This document shows, piece by piece, positions 8,795 through 18,207 of a DNA stretch of 39,567 bases (the stretch's first letter is position 1; the number at the start of each line of letters is the position of its first letter). The notes under the pieces were generated by a model. It was not told the origin of the DNA. It saw nothing but the letters and a program-made list of their open reading frames with translations, and did not search any database. This DNA comes from a virus, in UHGV virus genome UHGV-0061228. One strand, 5' to 3'. Both the position numbers and the translations under genes were made by a program.

Positions 8795-9000
8795 AGAAAA
8801 TAGAAGCATACACTATGGCAACGAGAAAGCCCTGTGAGACAGCTTTAAAGCAAAAGGGGCATAAAGCCTTTAAGTGCGACTTTAAAAGCCGTGAGAGGAC
8901 GAATAAGGACGCTGTGGAGTACATAGCAGAGAAATACAACATAAAAGATCCTGTTCCGGGAGGTGATAGAGTTGGACAAGAAAACACTGAAAAAGTATAA
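8791..9000 (+). CDS. hypothetical protein (69 aa)
   Basis: ORF with ATGA coupling. Confidence 0.3.
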   Translation: MKKIEAYTMATRKPCETALKQKGHKAFKCDFKSRERTNKDAVEYIAEKYNIKDPVPGGDRVGQENTEKV

Positions 9001-9400
9001 GCCAAACAAAGATAGACTTATCCGGATTGAGAACCAGATACAAGAACTCTGTGAACGGGAATCGACTGTTGTCATGGGGAAGGTAACGGGATCCAGCGCA
9101 GATTTTCCGTACACCGAAGTGAGAACATCTGTACAAATGTATGACCCTTACGAAGAAGAGAATGTAAGGCGTCAGATCAGAAGAAAAGAAGCAGACAGGC
9201 TGCGGATTCTGAAAGAGCAAAAAGAAGTAGAGGACTACATAAATGGGATTGATGATCCGGAGATTAAGGAGATATTTGAGTTATCGTTTATTGAGGGCAA
9301 GAAACAGGATGAAGTTGCGGAGATAGTAAATATTGACAGAAGTTACGTGTCAAAAAAAATAAGTGACTATCTTAAACTTTCACACTTTTCACAAAAATAA
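8963..9400 (+). CDS. ArpU/sigma-region-4-like late-gene transcriptional activator
   Basis: About 145 aa. The C-terminal sigma-70 region-4-like HTH reads 'EIFELSFIEGKKQDEVAEIVNIDRSYVSKK'. Position is upstream of the packaging module. Confidence 0.55.
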   Translation: MIELDKKTLKKYKPNKDRLIRIENQIQELCERESTVVMGKVTGSSADFPYTEVRTSVQMYDPYEEENVRRQIRRKEADRLRILKEQKEVEDYINGIDDPEIKEIFELSFIEGKKQDEVAEIVNIDRSYVSKKISDYLKLSHFSQK

Positions 9401-9507
9401 TATGCTATAATTATTCTAGAACGATTGTATATTGTTCTAAAACAATCTTTCCAAACATTCGGAATACCGCTGGACTTTACCCTTTCTCGTCTGGCGGTGT
9501 TTTCATG

Positions 9508-9576
9508 CGGAGTATAGCATCAATGGTAGATGCGCGGGGTATCGCCGCGTCCTTGGTTCGATTCCAGGTGCTCCGC
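9508..9576 (+). tRNA. tRNA-like element (degenerate or non-canonical tRNA)
   Basis: A 7-bp acceptor stem (cggagta/tgctccg with one G.U), U8, a D-arm 'gcat-caatGGtag-atgc' and a canonical T-arm 'cttgg-TTCGATT-ccagg' are all present. Total length is only 69 nt. The anticodon arm 'cgcgg-ggtatcg-ccgcg' lacks U33, and the variable region is too short. Confidence 0.25.
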
Positions 9577-9769
9577 TTTGTGATGTGAGTATACAGGCTG
9601 CACAGCTGAGGTCTGTTCTGGGAGTGCACACCGGACTTACATTGCAATGGTACCAAAACGCAGATATCCGCAGATCTGCAAAACAAACAAAAATAGATTC
9701 AGCAATCTATATTTAGTGTCAGTACCCGAGTGCGGATAGGGTAAAGGGTGTCAATAAAAGGCATCCTAC

Positions 9770-9842
9770 GGGTGTATAGCTCAATTGGTAGAGCAATCGG
9801 CTGTTAACCGATGTGTCGTAGGTTCGAGTCCTACTATACCCG
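9770..9842 (+). tRNA. tRNA-Asn (anticodon GTT)
   Basis: Manual fold: acceptor gggtgta/tataccc; T8A9; D-arm gctc-aattGGta-gagc; anticodon arm atcgg-cuGUUaa-ccgat; variable gtgtc; T-arm gtagg-TTCGAGT-cctac; discriminator G. Confidence 0.85.
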
Positions 9843-10000
9843 TTGTGGACTACTGCAAGTTCCCTCCTTGTGTTATAGAATCCAGTAAAGTTGCCAAGTT
9901 ACGTATTTCATTTTTGTGGTAGTTCTAAATATCAAAAAAGTTGAAAAAGTTCATAGAATAGAGTATCATGGAAATTAATTCGAGAAAAGAGGGAATAACT

Positions 10001-10735
10001 ATGAGTATATATTTGTTGTGGGGAATGCTTGCACTTCTTGGTTTTGTTTTTGTTATCATTTTTTTATATACAATATGCTGTATGTTTAAGTATATAAGAA
10101 AAAAAGAAAAACGAGATGACCATATCTTTGTATTATTTGAGAAAAATATTGGTTGTCTGGTAACAATAAGTATAGCATTAATTGCGAATTTGTTGAGTCT
10201 CAATAGTTACAATCATCAAAAGGATCAGGATGCTCATTCACGTTTAATAGAAAAATTGACTTACTCGTATGTGCAACCGTCTAAAGATGCAATAAGAAAT
10301 ATTCAAAATAATTTAGAAAGAGCTGATTTACAAATTCCAATAAAAATAGATGTTCGTACAGGAGAGGTGTATAAATTTTCAATTATCGAATTTAGTAACA
10401 ATAGAATTGAGGACATAGATCCTGTAAATGCAGCGACAATTAGAACAGAAGAATACGAAGATCCTGAAAGAGTATTAACTTTGAAATTAAATAAGGAAAA
10501 TGAACACTTCGAAGATGTTACTTTGACATATTATATACTGCTTGAAGGCATGGATGGCACTAGGAGTTTGGATAGGCTGCAGTTTACAGTGAACAGGTTT
10601 TTAGAAGTAACAGAGTGGAACCCTACATACTATACTTCAGTGATAGGATTTAATTACTTCAGCGAAGGACTTAAAGAAGAATACAAAGAATATAGAGAAT
10701 TATATGAAATCCTGAAAGAAGAAAATATATTGTAA
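10001..10735 (+). CDS. membrane-anchored protein of unknown function (moron; candidate superinfection-exclusion/abortive-infection factor)
   Basis: RBS 'agaggga' before the ATG at 10001. N-terminal TM helix 'IYLLWGMLALLGFVFVIIFLYTI'. The region is visibly AT-rich and is followed by a strong terminator. Confidence 0.5.
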   Translation: MSIYLLWGMLALLGFVFVIIFLYTICCMFKYIRKKEKRDDHIFVLFEKNIGCLVTISIALIANLLSLNSYNHQKDQDAHSRLIEKLTYSYVQPSKDAIRNIQNNLERADLQIPIKIDVRTGEVYKFSIIEFSNNRIEDIDPVNAATIRTEEYEDPERVLTLKLNKENEHFEDVTLTYYILLEGMDGTRSLDRLQFTVNRFLEVTEWNPTYYTSVIGFNYFSEGLKEEYKEYRELYEILKEENIL

Positions 10736-10738
10736 CAA

Positions 10739-10763
10739 GGAGACACTTCGGTGTCTCTTTTTT
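10739..10763 (+). terminator. rho-independent terminator (ggagacac-ttcg-gtgtctc + T6)
   Basis: Perfect 7-8 bp stem with a tetraloop and a TTTTTT run. Confidence 0.65.
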
Positions 10764-10800
10764 GCGCTAAAAATTAACAGATTGGAAGGTGGTGAGTCCT

Positions 10801-11370
10801 ATGACAGAAAAACAGAAAATATTTGCAGATGAGTACTTGATTGATCTAAATGCCACACGGGCTTACCGCGTTGCATATCCAAGCGTAAAGAAAGAAGAGT
10901 CAGCAGCAGTAAATGGAAGCAAGTTGCTAAGAAATGCTAAGGTTGCAGAATATATTACCGAAAGAATGGAAGAGCGGCAGAAGCGGACGGAGATCACGCA
11001 GGATCGAGTTTTAAATGAACTGGCTGCCATTGCTTTTTCCAAGGCTTCAGACTACGCGAAAGTAGTTGAGAAACAGGCTACAGCAGAAGTAGATGGAAAT
11101 ATTATTCCGCTCGTAGGAGAAGACGGAGAACCGATTCTGTATCGGACCGTAGAATTGGAGCTTACAGATAACCTTACTGAGGAACAGCAGCGAGCCCTCG
11201 GAACGATTAAAAAGGGGCGCGATGGATTGGAACAGAAGCCCTGCGACAAGGTAAAGGCGCTCGAGCTTCTCGGCAGGCATTTAGGTATGTGGAATGACAA
11301 GCTGGATGTAGCAGGAGATATGGACATGAAGATTGTAGTAGACTATGGTGATGAAGATGAAGGAAGTTAA
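10801..11370 (+). CDS. terS: terminase small subunit
   Basis: N-terminal 'FADEYLIDLNATRAYRVAYPS....AAVNGSKLLRNAKVAEYI' is the characteristic TerS (P27-like) signature. RBS 'ggaaggtgg' precedes the ATG. Confidence 0.8.
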   Translation: MTEKQKIFADEYLIDLNATRAYRVAYPSVKKEESAAVNGSKLLRNAKVAEYITERMEERQKRTEITQDRVLNELAAIAFSKASDYAKVVEKQATAEVDGNIIPLVGEDGEPILYRTVELELTDNLTEEQQRALGTIKKGRDGLEQKPCDKVKALELLGRHLGMWNDKLDVAGDMDMKIVVDYGDEDEGS

Positions 11371-12613
11371 TGTTGGATTTAACAGAAATTTTAAAGAATT
11401 CAATGAGTGTAAGAAACGATATCGACTGGCAAAAGGCTCTGCCGGATCCGGAAAGTCGGTAAACATTGCACAGAATTTTATCATCAAACTTGGCGATCCA
11501 AAGTATAAAGGTGCAAATCTCTTGTGCGTCCGGAAAGTAGACACAACAAACAAGGATAGCACCTATGCAGAATTGAAGAGTGCAATATATAAAATATACG
11601 GGGATAAAGCAGGATTATTCTGGCAGATCAGAAGTAATCCAATGGAGCTGATCTCGAAAGTGACAGGAAATAAAGTGATTTTCCGAGGAATGAAAGATGA
11701 TGGACAGCGAGAAAAAGTAAAGTCTATCACATTTGATGTCGGAAAATTAACATGGATATGGATTGAAGAAGCAACGGAGCTATATGAAGCGGATGTCGAT
11801 ATTCTCGATGACCGACTCAGAGGTGACTTGTCATTCAATCCATTTTTGTATTATCAGATCACGTTCAGCTTCAATCCGGTGTCAGCAACGCACTGGTTAA
11901 AAGCAAAATATTTCGACATAAAAAGTGATGATGTATACACACACCAGTCTACGTACCTGCAGAACCGGTTCATAGATGAAGCGTATCACCGGCGCATGAT
12001 GATGCGTAAAGAACGGGATCCGGATGGGTATCGGATTTACGGACTTGGTGAATGGGGAGAGACTGGAGGTCTTATCCTTACAAATTATGTGGTTGAGGAA
12101 TTCGATACATCCACTGATCGATTTGATTACATGGTAAATTCTCAGGATTTTGGATTCAACCATGCGAACTGTATCGGGGAGGTTGGATTCAAAGATGGAG
12201 ATATCTACTTATGCCGGGAATTGTATGTATTTGAAAAAGATACATCAGAGATCATACAGTTGGCTGAGGGAAAATTCCAAAAACGAATCACCATGTATTG
12301 CGATTCTGCCGAGCCAGACAGGATTAAGATGTGGCAGAAAGCAGGATACAGAGCATGTCCGGTCAAGAAAGAGCCGAACAGTGTAAAAGCGCAGATTGAT
12401 TATTTGAAGCAGCATACCATACATATCCATCCGTCTTGCGTAAACACGACTAAGGAGATTCAGCAGTGGAAATGGAAAAAGGATGAGAAAACGAACACAT
12501 TCACGGATGAGCCAGTGAATTTCTTTGATGATGCAATGGCGATGCTCAGGTATTCTATTGAGCAAGAGAGAAAAGGTAAGGTGAAGTTAAAGACCTTTAG
12601 AGGAGGAATATAA
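11345..12613 (+). CDS. terL: terminase large subunit (PBSX-family ATPase/nuclease)
   Basis: Walker A 'KGSAGSGKS'. About 420 aa. Follows TerS. Confidence 0.85.
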   Translation: MVMKMKEVNVGFNRNFKEFNECKKRYRLAKGSAGSGKSVNIAQNFIIKLGDPKYKGANLLCVRKVDTTNKDSTYAELKSAIYKIYGDKAGLFWQIRSNPMELISKVTGNKVIFRGMKDDGQREKVKSITFDVGKLTWIWIEEATELYEADVDILDDRLRGDLSFNPFLYYQITFSFNPVSATHWLKAKYFDIKSDDVYTHQSTYLQNRFIDEAYHRRMMMRKERDPDGYRIYGLGEWGETGGLILTNYVVEEFDTSTDRFDYMVNSQDFGFNHANCIGEVGFKDGDIYLCRELYVFEKDTSEIIQLAEGKFQKRITMYCDSAEPDRIKMWQKAGYRACPVKKEPNSVKAQIDYLKQHTIHIHPSCVNTTKEIQQWKWKKDEKTNTFTDEPVNFFDDAMAMLRYSIEQERKGKVKLKTFRGGI

Positions 12614-12614
12614 A

Positions 12615-13973
12615 ATGAATGGGAAAAGACCATACAGATTGCCGGAACCGCTTTTATGTTCCGCTGATAAAGAAATCAATATGACATTGATAGACGAATA
12701 CATTAGAAAGCATGAAGAACGAATGCCAAGGTACAGATACCTTGAGAATCTATACAAAGGATTCCATGATGTATTCCGTCTTCCGGAAAAGGAGTCATGG
12801 AAGCCGGATAACCGACTGGCAGTGAATTTCCCAAGGTATATCACAGAGACCTTTTTGGGATATGCCTATGGGATTCCAGTTAAAAAATCACATCCAGACG
12901 AAAAAATAAAAGATGCGATCCTTGAATTTGACCGGGATAATGATATCTCTGACCAGGAATATGAGTTGGCGAAGAAGTGCTGTATCTACGGACATGCATT
13001 CGAGTATTTTTACCAGGACGAAGAAGCAAAGACAAAGACAGTAGTCTGCAATCCAAAAGAACTGTTTGTTGTCTACGATGATACCGTAAAGAGCCGCGCT
13101 CTATTTGCTGTCAGATATGGGAAAAAAGACGATAATGTCACAAGGTATGGCGAGATACTTACAAGGACAGAAATTATCCCATTTGACGGAGAAAAGATGC
13201 AGGAGGGAATGCCGAACCCATATGGTCGCATCAACTGTGTTGAATATGTACTGAACGATGAGAGAATCGGTCTGTATGAAGAAGTGGCCGGTATGGTAGA
13301 AACATACAACCGAGTGATCGGAGAAAAGGCAAATGACGTAGATTCTTTCGCAGAAGCGTATCTTGCAGTGCTTGGCGCTGAACTGGATGAGGAAGGCGTT
13401 TATAAAATTCGTGATAATCGGATCATAAACCTTTATGGTACAGACAACGCAAAAGATATTATCGTGCAGTTTCTTGGCAAACCTACGGCAGACGGAACAC
13501 AGGAAAATCTTTTGAATCGGCTTGAGGATTTGATTTATCAGACAAGTATGGTAGCGAATATCTCAGATGAATCGTTTGGAAATGCTTCTGGAACTTCCCT
13601 TGCATACAAATTACAGTCTATGAGCAATCTTGCACTAACGTTCGACCGCAAAGCTGAAAAGTCCATGAGGAAACGGTATAAACTGTTTTGCTCTCTTGCA
13701 ACGAATGTGTCAGATCGGGATGCATGGAAAGATATTGATTTTACGATGAGTAGGAATATCCCAAAGAATTTACTTGAAGAAGCACAGACAGCACAAGCAC
13801 TTGAAAGTATCGTGTCCAAGGAAACACAGCTGCAGGTTCTCTCGATCGTCAAGGATGTTTCAGAGGAGATTGATCGAATGGAGAAAGAGGACAAAAAGAA
13901 GCAGGAAACAATCGTAGAGAAGCGGATGTTCGGAGGCGCGGAAGATGAGCAGCAGGACGTACTGGAAGAATAG
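12615..13973 (+). CDS. portal protein (SPP1 gp6-like)
   Basis: 452 aa, immediately after TerL. N-terminal 'YLENLYKGFHDVF' pattern. Confidence 0.75.
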   Translation: MNGKRPYRLPEPLLCSADKEINMTLIDEYIRKHEERMPRYRYLENLYKGFHDVFRLPEKESWKPDNRLAVNFPRYITETFLGYAYGIPVKKSHPDEKIKDAILEFDRDNDISDQEYELAKKCCIYGHAFEYFYQDEEAKTKTVVCNPKELFVVYDDTVKSRALFAVRYGKKDDNVTRYGEILTRTEIIPFDGEKMQEGMPNPYGRINCVEYVLNDERIGLYEEVAGMVETYNRVIGEKANDVDSFAEAYLAVLGAELDEEGVYKIRDNRIINLYGTDNAKDIIVQFLGKPTADGTQENLLNRLEDLIYQTSMVANISDESFGNASGTSLAYKLQSMSNLALTFDRKAEKSMRKRYKLFCSLATNVSDRDAWKDIDFTMSRNIPKNLLEEAQTAQALESIVSKETQLQVLSIVKDVSEEIDRMEKEDKKKQETIVEKRMFGGAEDEQQDVLEE

Positions 13974-15225
13974 GGAAGAAGAACAGAGGAAGAAGAATAT
14001 CAAGGACGAAGCTGAATACGCGAAAGAGATTGAGAAGATCTATGTGAATATGATGGATGAAATCCAGAAAGAGATCAATGGATTCTATACACGATATGCA
14101 AAATCAGAAGGGATCACAATCGCAGAGGCAAAAAAGCGGGTATCTAAAATGGATATTGATGCATACAGTCGAAAAGCAGCACAATATGTTAAGGATAAGA
14201 ATTTTTCGAAAGAGGCCAATGAGGAAATGAGACTTTACAATGCAGCTATGAAGATTAACCGATTGGAAATGCTAAAAGCAAATATCGGCATGCATCTTGT
14301 CGGCGGATTTGATGAGTTGCAAAAGTATTTTGAGCAGATTCTGACTGAGAAAACACTGGAAGAATTTGAACGGCAGGCAGGAATCCTTGGAAAATCCATC
14401 CAGAACAATGCGAAGATGGCACATTCGATCGTGAACGCTTCTTTCCACAATGCGAGATACTCAGACCGTATTTGGATGTATCAAGATATGCTGAAAGCTG
14501 AATTGTCGAAGCTATTACAGACTGGTTTGATACAGGGTAAGAATCCAAGAACACTGGCAAGACACCTTACCAAACTGTTTGGAGTAAGCCGGGAAAATGC
14601 AGAGCGACTGATGATAACGGAGCTGTCGAGAGTGCAGGCAGAAGCGCAGAAACAGTCTTATATCCGCAATGGATTTGATGAGTATGAGTTTATCGCGGAG
14701 CCGACAGCCTGCCCGATCTGCCGGGCTTTAGATGGAAAGCATTTTAAGGTATCAAAAATGATGCCAGGAGAAAATGCACATCCAATGCATCCACGTTGCC
14801 GGTGCAGTACAGCAGCATATATGGATGACAAAGAATATGATGAATGGCTGGACGGGTATTCTGAGCACGGGATGGATTTTGAAACTTGGAAGAACAGGGT
14901 TGAAAAGAAATCTGTGTTTGATATAATAAAAGCAGATAAAACAGTCAGCGGACATTCTGGAACGCCTAAAATGGCAGAGGCAGGAGCGGTAATAGACCAT
15001 ATCGGAAAAGACGGGAAAGTAGATGTAAGAGCTTTTTACGGAGAGTCGAAATTAAAATTTAAAGATATCCATACAACCGCACACGGGAATCCTAAGCAGC
15101 ATCCTTATGGAAATCATGGGGAACACGCGCATGACTATACATGGGGAGAAGACGGCAGACTGAAGGATAAGACAACTCGCGAATTAAGCGAAGAGGAAAG
15201 AAAGGAGAATGGGGATATATTATGA
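13945..15225 (+). CDS. minor head/head-morphogenesis protein (SPP1 gp7/Mu F-like) with a roughly 135-aa C-terminal extension
   Basis: MuF-domain hallmark '..ACPICRALDGK.....HPMHPRCRCS'. The extra His-rich C-terminal segment follows the domain. Confidence 0.8.
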   Translation: MSSRTYWKNREEEQRKKNIKDEAEYAKEIEKIYVNMMDEIQKEINGFYTRYAKSEGITIAEAKKRVSKMDIDAYSRKAAQYVKDKNFSKEANEEMRLYNAAMKINRLEMLKANIGMHLVGGFDELQKYFEQILTEKTLEEFERQAGILGKSIQNNAKMAHSIVNASFHNARYSDRIWMYQDMLKAELSKLLQTGLIQGKNPRTLARHLTKLFGVSRENAERLMITELSRVQAEAQKQSYIRNGFDEYEFIAEPTACPICRALDGKHFKVSKMMPGENAHPMHPRCRCSTAAYMDDKEYDEWLDGYSEHGMDFETWKNRVEKKSVFDIIKADKTVSGHSGTPKMAEAGAVIDHIGKDGKVDVRAFYGESKLKFKDIHTTAHGNPKQHPYGNHGEHAHDYTWGEDGRLKDKTTRELSEEERKENGDIL

Positions 15226-15461
15226 ATAAAGATGAATTAAGACAAATTTTATCTGAGTGTTGCAATGATATTTCTTTCTCTTACAGAGGATTGTCATCTG
15301 GAGTGACAGTTGAAGTTCATAATTATGTTCCGACATATCAAGTGTGGCATGGCGATGACGTGAAAGAGTATGATAATGTGGATAAAGTTATGAATGATAA
15401 ATTTTATAGTGGAAAGTCGTTAAACGATCTAGTAAAAGAAGTAGAAATTGAAGCAATGTAA
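15222..15461 (+). CDS. small hypothetical protein (79 aa), translationally coupled to the MuF-like gene
   Basis: ATGA overlap with the upstream stop. Followed by a terminator. Confidence 0.4.
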   Translation: MNKDELRQILSECCNDISFSYRGLSSGVTVEVHNYVPTYQVWHGDDVKEYDNVDKVMNDKFYSGKSLNDLVKEVEIEAM

Positions 15462-15494
15462 TACCATCGGTCGAGCGGGCTGATGGTATTTTTA
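15461..15494 (+). terminator. rho-independent terminator (ataccatc...gatggtat + T5)
   Basis: 8-bp stem and a U-run. Confidence 0.5.
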
Positions 15495-15518
15495 TGCGCA
15501 TTTTGGAGGTGATGTAAT

Positions 15519-15806
15519 TTGATTGAGGTGAGAATCCGTCCAGAGCGAATTGAAATCTCTGGACACGCCGGGTACGCTGAATATGGAAAAGACATTGTTT
15601 GTGCTGGTGTTACGGCGCTTACACAGACGCTGATTCAGTCGATTGATGACTTAACGGATGATGAAATAGAATACAGAATATCTCCCGGAAAGGCTGAGAT
15701 AGAATACAGGAATCTGTCAGAGAAATCAAAAACTCTGGTGGATTCCTTTTTCGTTGGCATTCGCTTGATTGCCGATGAGTTTCCGGATTATGTAGCAATT
15801 ATGTAA
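15519..15806 (+). CDS. prp: Prp-like cysteine protease (ribosomal-processing cysteine protease family)
   Basis: 'ISGHAGYAEYGKDIVCAGVTALTQTLIQSI' contains the family's conserved His and Cys. Size is 95 aa. Confidence 0.7.
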   Translation: MIEVRIRPERIEISGHAGYAEYGKDIVCAGVTALTQTLIQSIDDLTDDEIEYRISPGKAEIEYRNLSEKSKTLVDSFFVGIRLIADEFPDYVAIM

Positions 15807-15888
15807 TTCGCGCCCAAGTCTTGAAGGCGTAAAAAGCTAGGGGAAAGGACCATGAAGAATGTCATTAAACTTTTAGGAGGTAAAGAAA

Positions 15889-16464
15889 ATGAAGAGCAGG
15901 ATGTTTAGAATGCTGCAGTTATTTGCAGAAGAAACCGTAGATCACACAGCAGAACCTGATGCGGTGAAAGATAGTGTTAATCCGGAAAACACATCTGGTG
16001 ATAGCGGGGAAGAAAAGAAGTACACAGACAAGGATGTGGATGCGATTGTAAACAAAAGATTCGCAAAATGGAAAACTGAGCAGGAACAGGCGGTAAAGAG
16101 TGCTAAGGAAGAGGCAGAAAAGCTGGCAAAAATGAATGCTGAGCAGAAACAGAATTACGAGATCGAGAAGTTGCAAAAAGAGAATGAAAAACTGAAGCAG
16201 GAGGCTGCAAAGGTTGAGCTTAGCAGAAGCGCCACAGGCATTCTTGCAGAAAAAGGAATTGAAGCAACGCAGGATGTTCTTGATTTTGTTGTAGGGAATG
16301 ACGCTGATGATACGAATGCAAAAATTGATAAGCTTGTAAAAATCGTGGAATCCCAGCTTAAGAAAGCCGAGATCGCCAGAGCAACCGGAACTACACCAAA
16401 AACCATGACGAACTCAGGAAGCCAGTTGTCTGAATTTGAAAAGAGACTTGCAAAGTATAAATAA
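15889..16464 (+). CDS. scaffold protein
   Basis: Coiled-coil, E/K-rich 190-aa protein between the portal/MuF genes and the capsid gene. N-terminal 'MLQLFA' motif. Confidence 0.6.
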   Translation: MKSRMFRMLQLFAEETVDHTAEPDAVKDSVNPENTSGDSGEEKKYTDKDVDAIVNKRFAKWKTEQEQAVKSAKEEAEKLAKMNAEQKQNYEIEKLQKENEKLKQEAAKVELSRSATGILAEKGIEATQDVLDFVVGNDADDTNAKIDKLVKIVESQLKKAEIARATGTTPKTMTNSGSQLSEFEKRLAKYK

Positions 16465-16478
16465 AGGAGAATGTGAAG

Positions 16479-17399
16479 ATGAAGAATAAAGAATTTATGA
16501 TGTTACAGTTATTTGCGGCAGGAGACAACAATGATATGCCGGTAAGAAGCTACCAGCTTGAGTTTAAAAGCCTTTTGGAGGTAGTATTTAAAAAGATGTC
16601 TTATTTCGCGGATTTTTTCGTCGGCGAACTTGAGGTACTGGATGGAGTCAGAGAAAATGAAACAGCCTTTTATGTAAAAACATCAGACATTCCGGTTGTG
16701 GTTGGAACTGGGTACGATAAAACAGCTACGAAAGCGTTTGGAACGGGAACAGGGAACTCTAGCCGTTTCGGGGAGAGAAAAGAGATTATCTACGCGAACA
16801 CGCCGGTTAATTACTCTTGGGGATGGAATTACCACGAGGGAATTGACCGACACACGGTAAACAATGATTTTGACGTTGCGGTAGCAGATCGCTTGGAACT
16901 GCAGGCGAGGGCTAAGACAAAGCAGTTTAACAAGCAGCACGGAAAATTTATTTCCACATCTGCCGGAAAAACTTTAAGTGTTACTGATTATACAGAAGAC
17001 AATGTATTAAAGCTGTTTAATGAGCTGTCTAAGTATTTTAACAACATCGAAGCAGTTGGAACGAAAAAAATTAAGGTTTGCTCCGATCTGTACAATGCCG
17101 TTTCGGATCATCCTTTGAATACAACTGCTAAAAACTCTACTGTAAACATTGATGGCAATGAAGTTGTGAAGTTCAAGGGATTCCTTGTAGAGGAGATTCC
17201 GGATGAATTATTCCAGTCTAAAGAATGCGCCTATGCATATATTGCCGGAGTTGCAAAAGCATTTACCGGAATTAACACAGCGAGAACGATTGAATCGGAA
17301 GACTTTGACGGAGTAGCTCTGCAGGGAGCTGGTAAGGCTGGAGAATTTATTCCAAATGACAACAAGAAAGCTGTAGTTAAAGTGTCGGTGGGGGAATAG
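16479..17399 (+). CDS. major capsid protein
   Basis: About 306 aa, follows the scaffold. RBS 'aaaggaga' lies 8 nt before the ATG at 16479. N-terminal 'MMLQLFA' motif. Confidence 0.7.
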   Translation: MKNKEFMMLQLFAAGDNNDMPVRSYQLEFKSLLEVVFKKMSYFADFFVGELEVLDGVRENETAFYVKTSDIPVVVGTGYDKTATKAFGTGTGNSSRFGERKEIIYANTPVNYSWGWNYHEGIDRHTVNNDFDVAVADRLELQARAKTKQFNKQHGKFISTSAGKTLSVTDYTEDNVLKLFNELSKYFNNIEAVGTKKIKVCSDLYNAVSDHPLNTTAKNSTVNIDGNEVVKFKGFLVEEIPDELFQSKECAYAYIAGVAKAFTGINTARTIESEDFDGVALQGAGKAGEFIPNDNKKAVVKVSVGE

Positions 17400-17482
17400 C
17401 ACCCCCTGAAGACCTCGCCTTGGTAGGCAGGGGGAAAGTCGGAAAGGCAAAAGTAGGTAAAGCAAAATAGGAGGTATGAGTT

Positions 17483-17866
17483 ATGGCATATACAAAGAAA
17501 GACTGGGAAGACGGAGAAGTAATTACAGAAGCAGCAATGGACAACATTGAGAACGGCGTATCTGCAAATGATACAAAAAATATACAGCAGGACGGAAAAA
17601 TCAGCGAGATCGAGGGAAAACTCGTTAATGCAGTTGCCGGATCTAAAGATGGTTTGATGTCTAAAGAGGACAAAACGAAATTAGATGGCATTGCAGCACA
17701 GGCAAATAAATACACTCTTCCAGCGGCGAATAAAACAACGCTTGGCGGTGTGAAACAGATGGCTTTGATCGAAGATTTGTCCACAGAAACCGCAACTGAC
17801 CTGAAAAATAAAATCAATGCGATTCTTGCGGAGATGAAAAAACAGGGTATCATGGCGAATTTGTAA
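17483..17866 (+). CDS. hypothetical structural protein (head-associated?)
   Basis: ORF with RBS 'ataggaggt'. Confidence 0.4.
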   Translation: MAYTKKDWEDGEVITEAAMDNIENGVSANDTKNIQQDGKISEIEGKLVNAVAGSKDGLMSKEDKTKLDGIAAQANKYTLPAANKTTLGGVKQMALIEDLSTETATDLKNKINAILAEMKKQGIMANL

Positions 17867-17880
17867 GGAGTTGAAATTGA

Positions 17881-18207
17881 ATGCTGGATGATTTAAAAAT
17901 TCTTCTGGGAATTGATGTTTCCGATAGGGATTCTGATGAAAAGCTTTTATTGATTCTGGAATCTGTGCGAAATCGTTTGAAACTGCTTCTCGGTGGCATG
18001 GAAGTGCCATCGAGTATGCAGCATATCGTTACGGATGTGGCAGTGATCCGTTTTAACCGCATTGGCTCTGAGGGTATGTCTTCCCACAGTGTGGCTGGAG
18101 AAAGCACTTCGTACAATGAAAATGATTTTTCCGCCTATATGGACGAGATACAAGCGTATCTTGACTCTGTAGACGGGGCAAAACGGGGGAGGGTGCGATT
18201 CCTATGA
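17881..18207 (+). CDS. head-tail connector protein (gp6/gp15-like)
   Basis: N-terminal 'LDDLKILLGIDVSDRDSDEKLLLILESV' pattern. Position in the module. Confidence 0.55.
   Translation: MLDDLKILLGIDVSDRDSDEKLLLILESVRNRLKLLLGGMEVPSSMQHIVTDVAVIRFNRIGSEGMSSHSVAGESTSYNENDFSAYMDEIQAYLDSVDGAKRGRVRFL

Noticed and set aside
9400-9480. AT-rich overlapping inverted repeats after the late-activator gene, considered as a terminator
   Set aside because: The stems are short and AT-rich without a clear U-tract, so this is not confidently a terminator.
9477-9686. 69-aa - strand ORF across the tRNA region
   Set aside because: It overlaps the tRNA-like element and structured intergenic RNA. No RBS.
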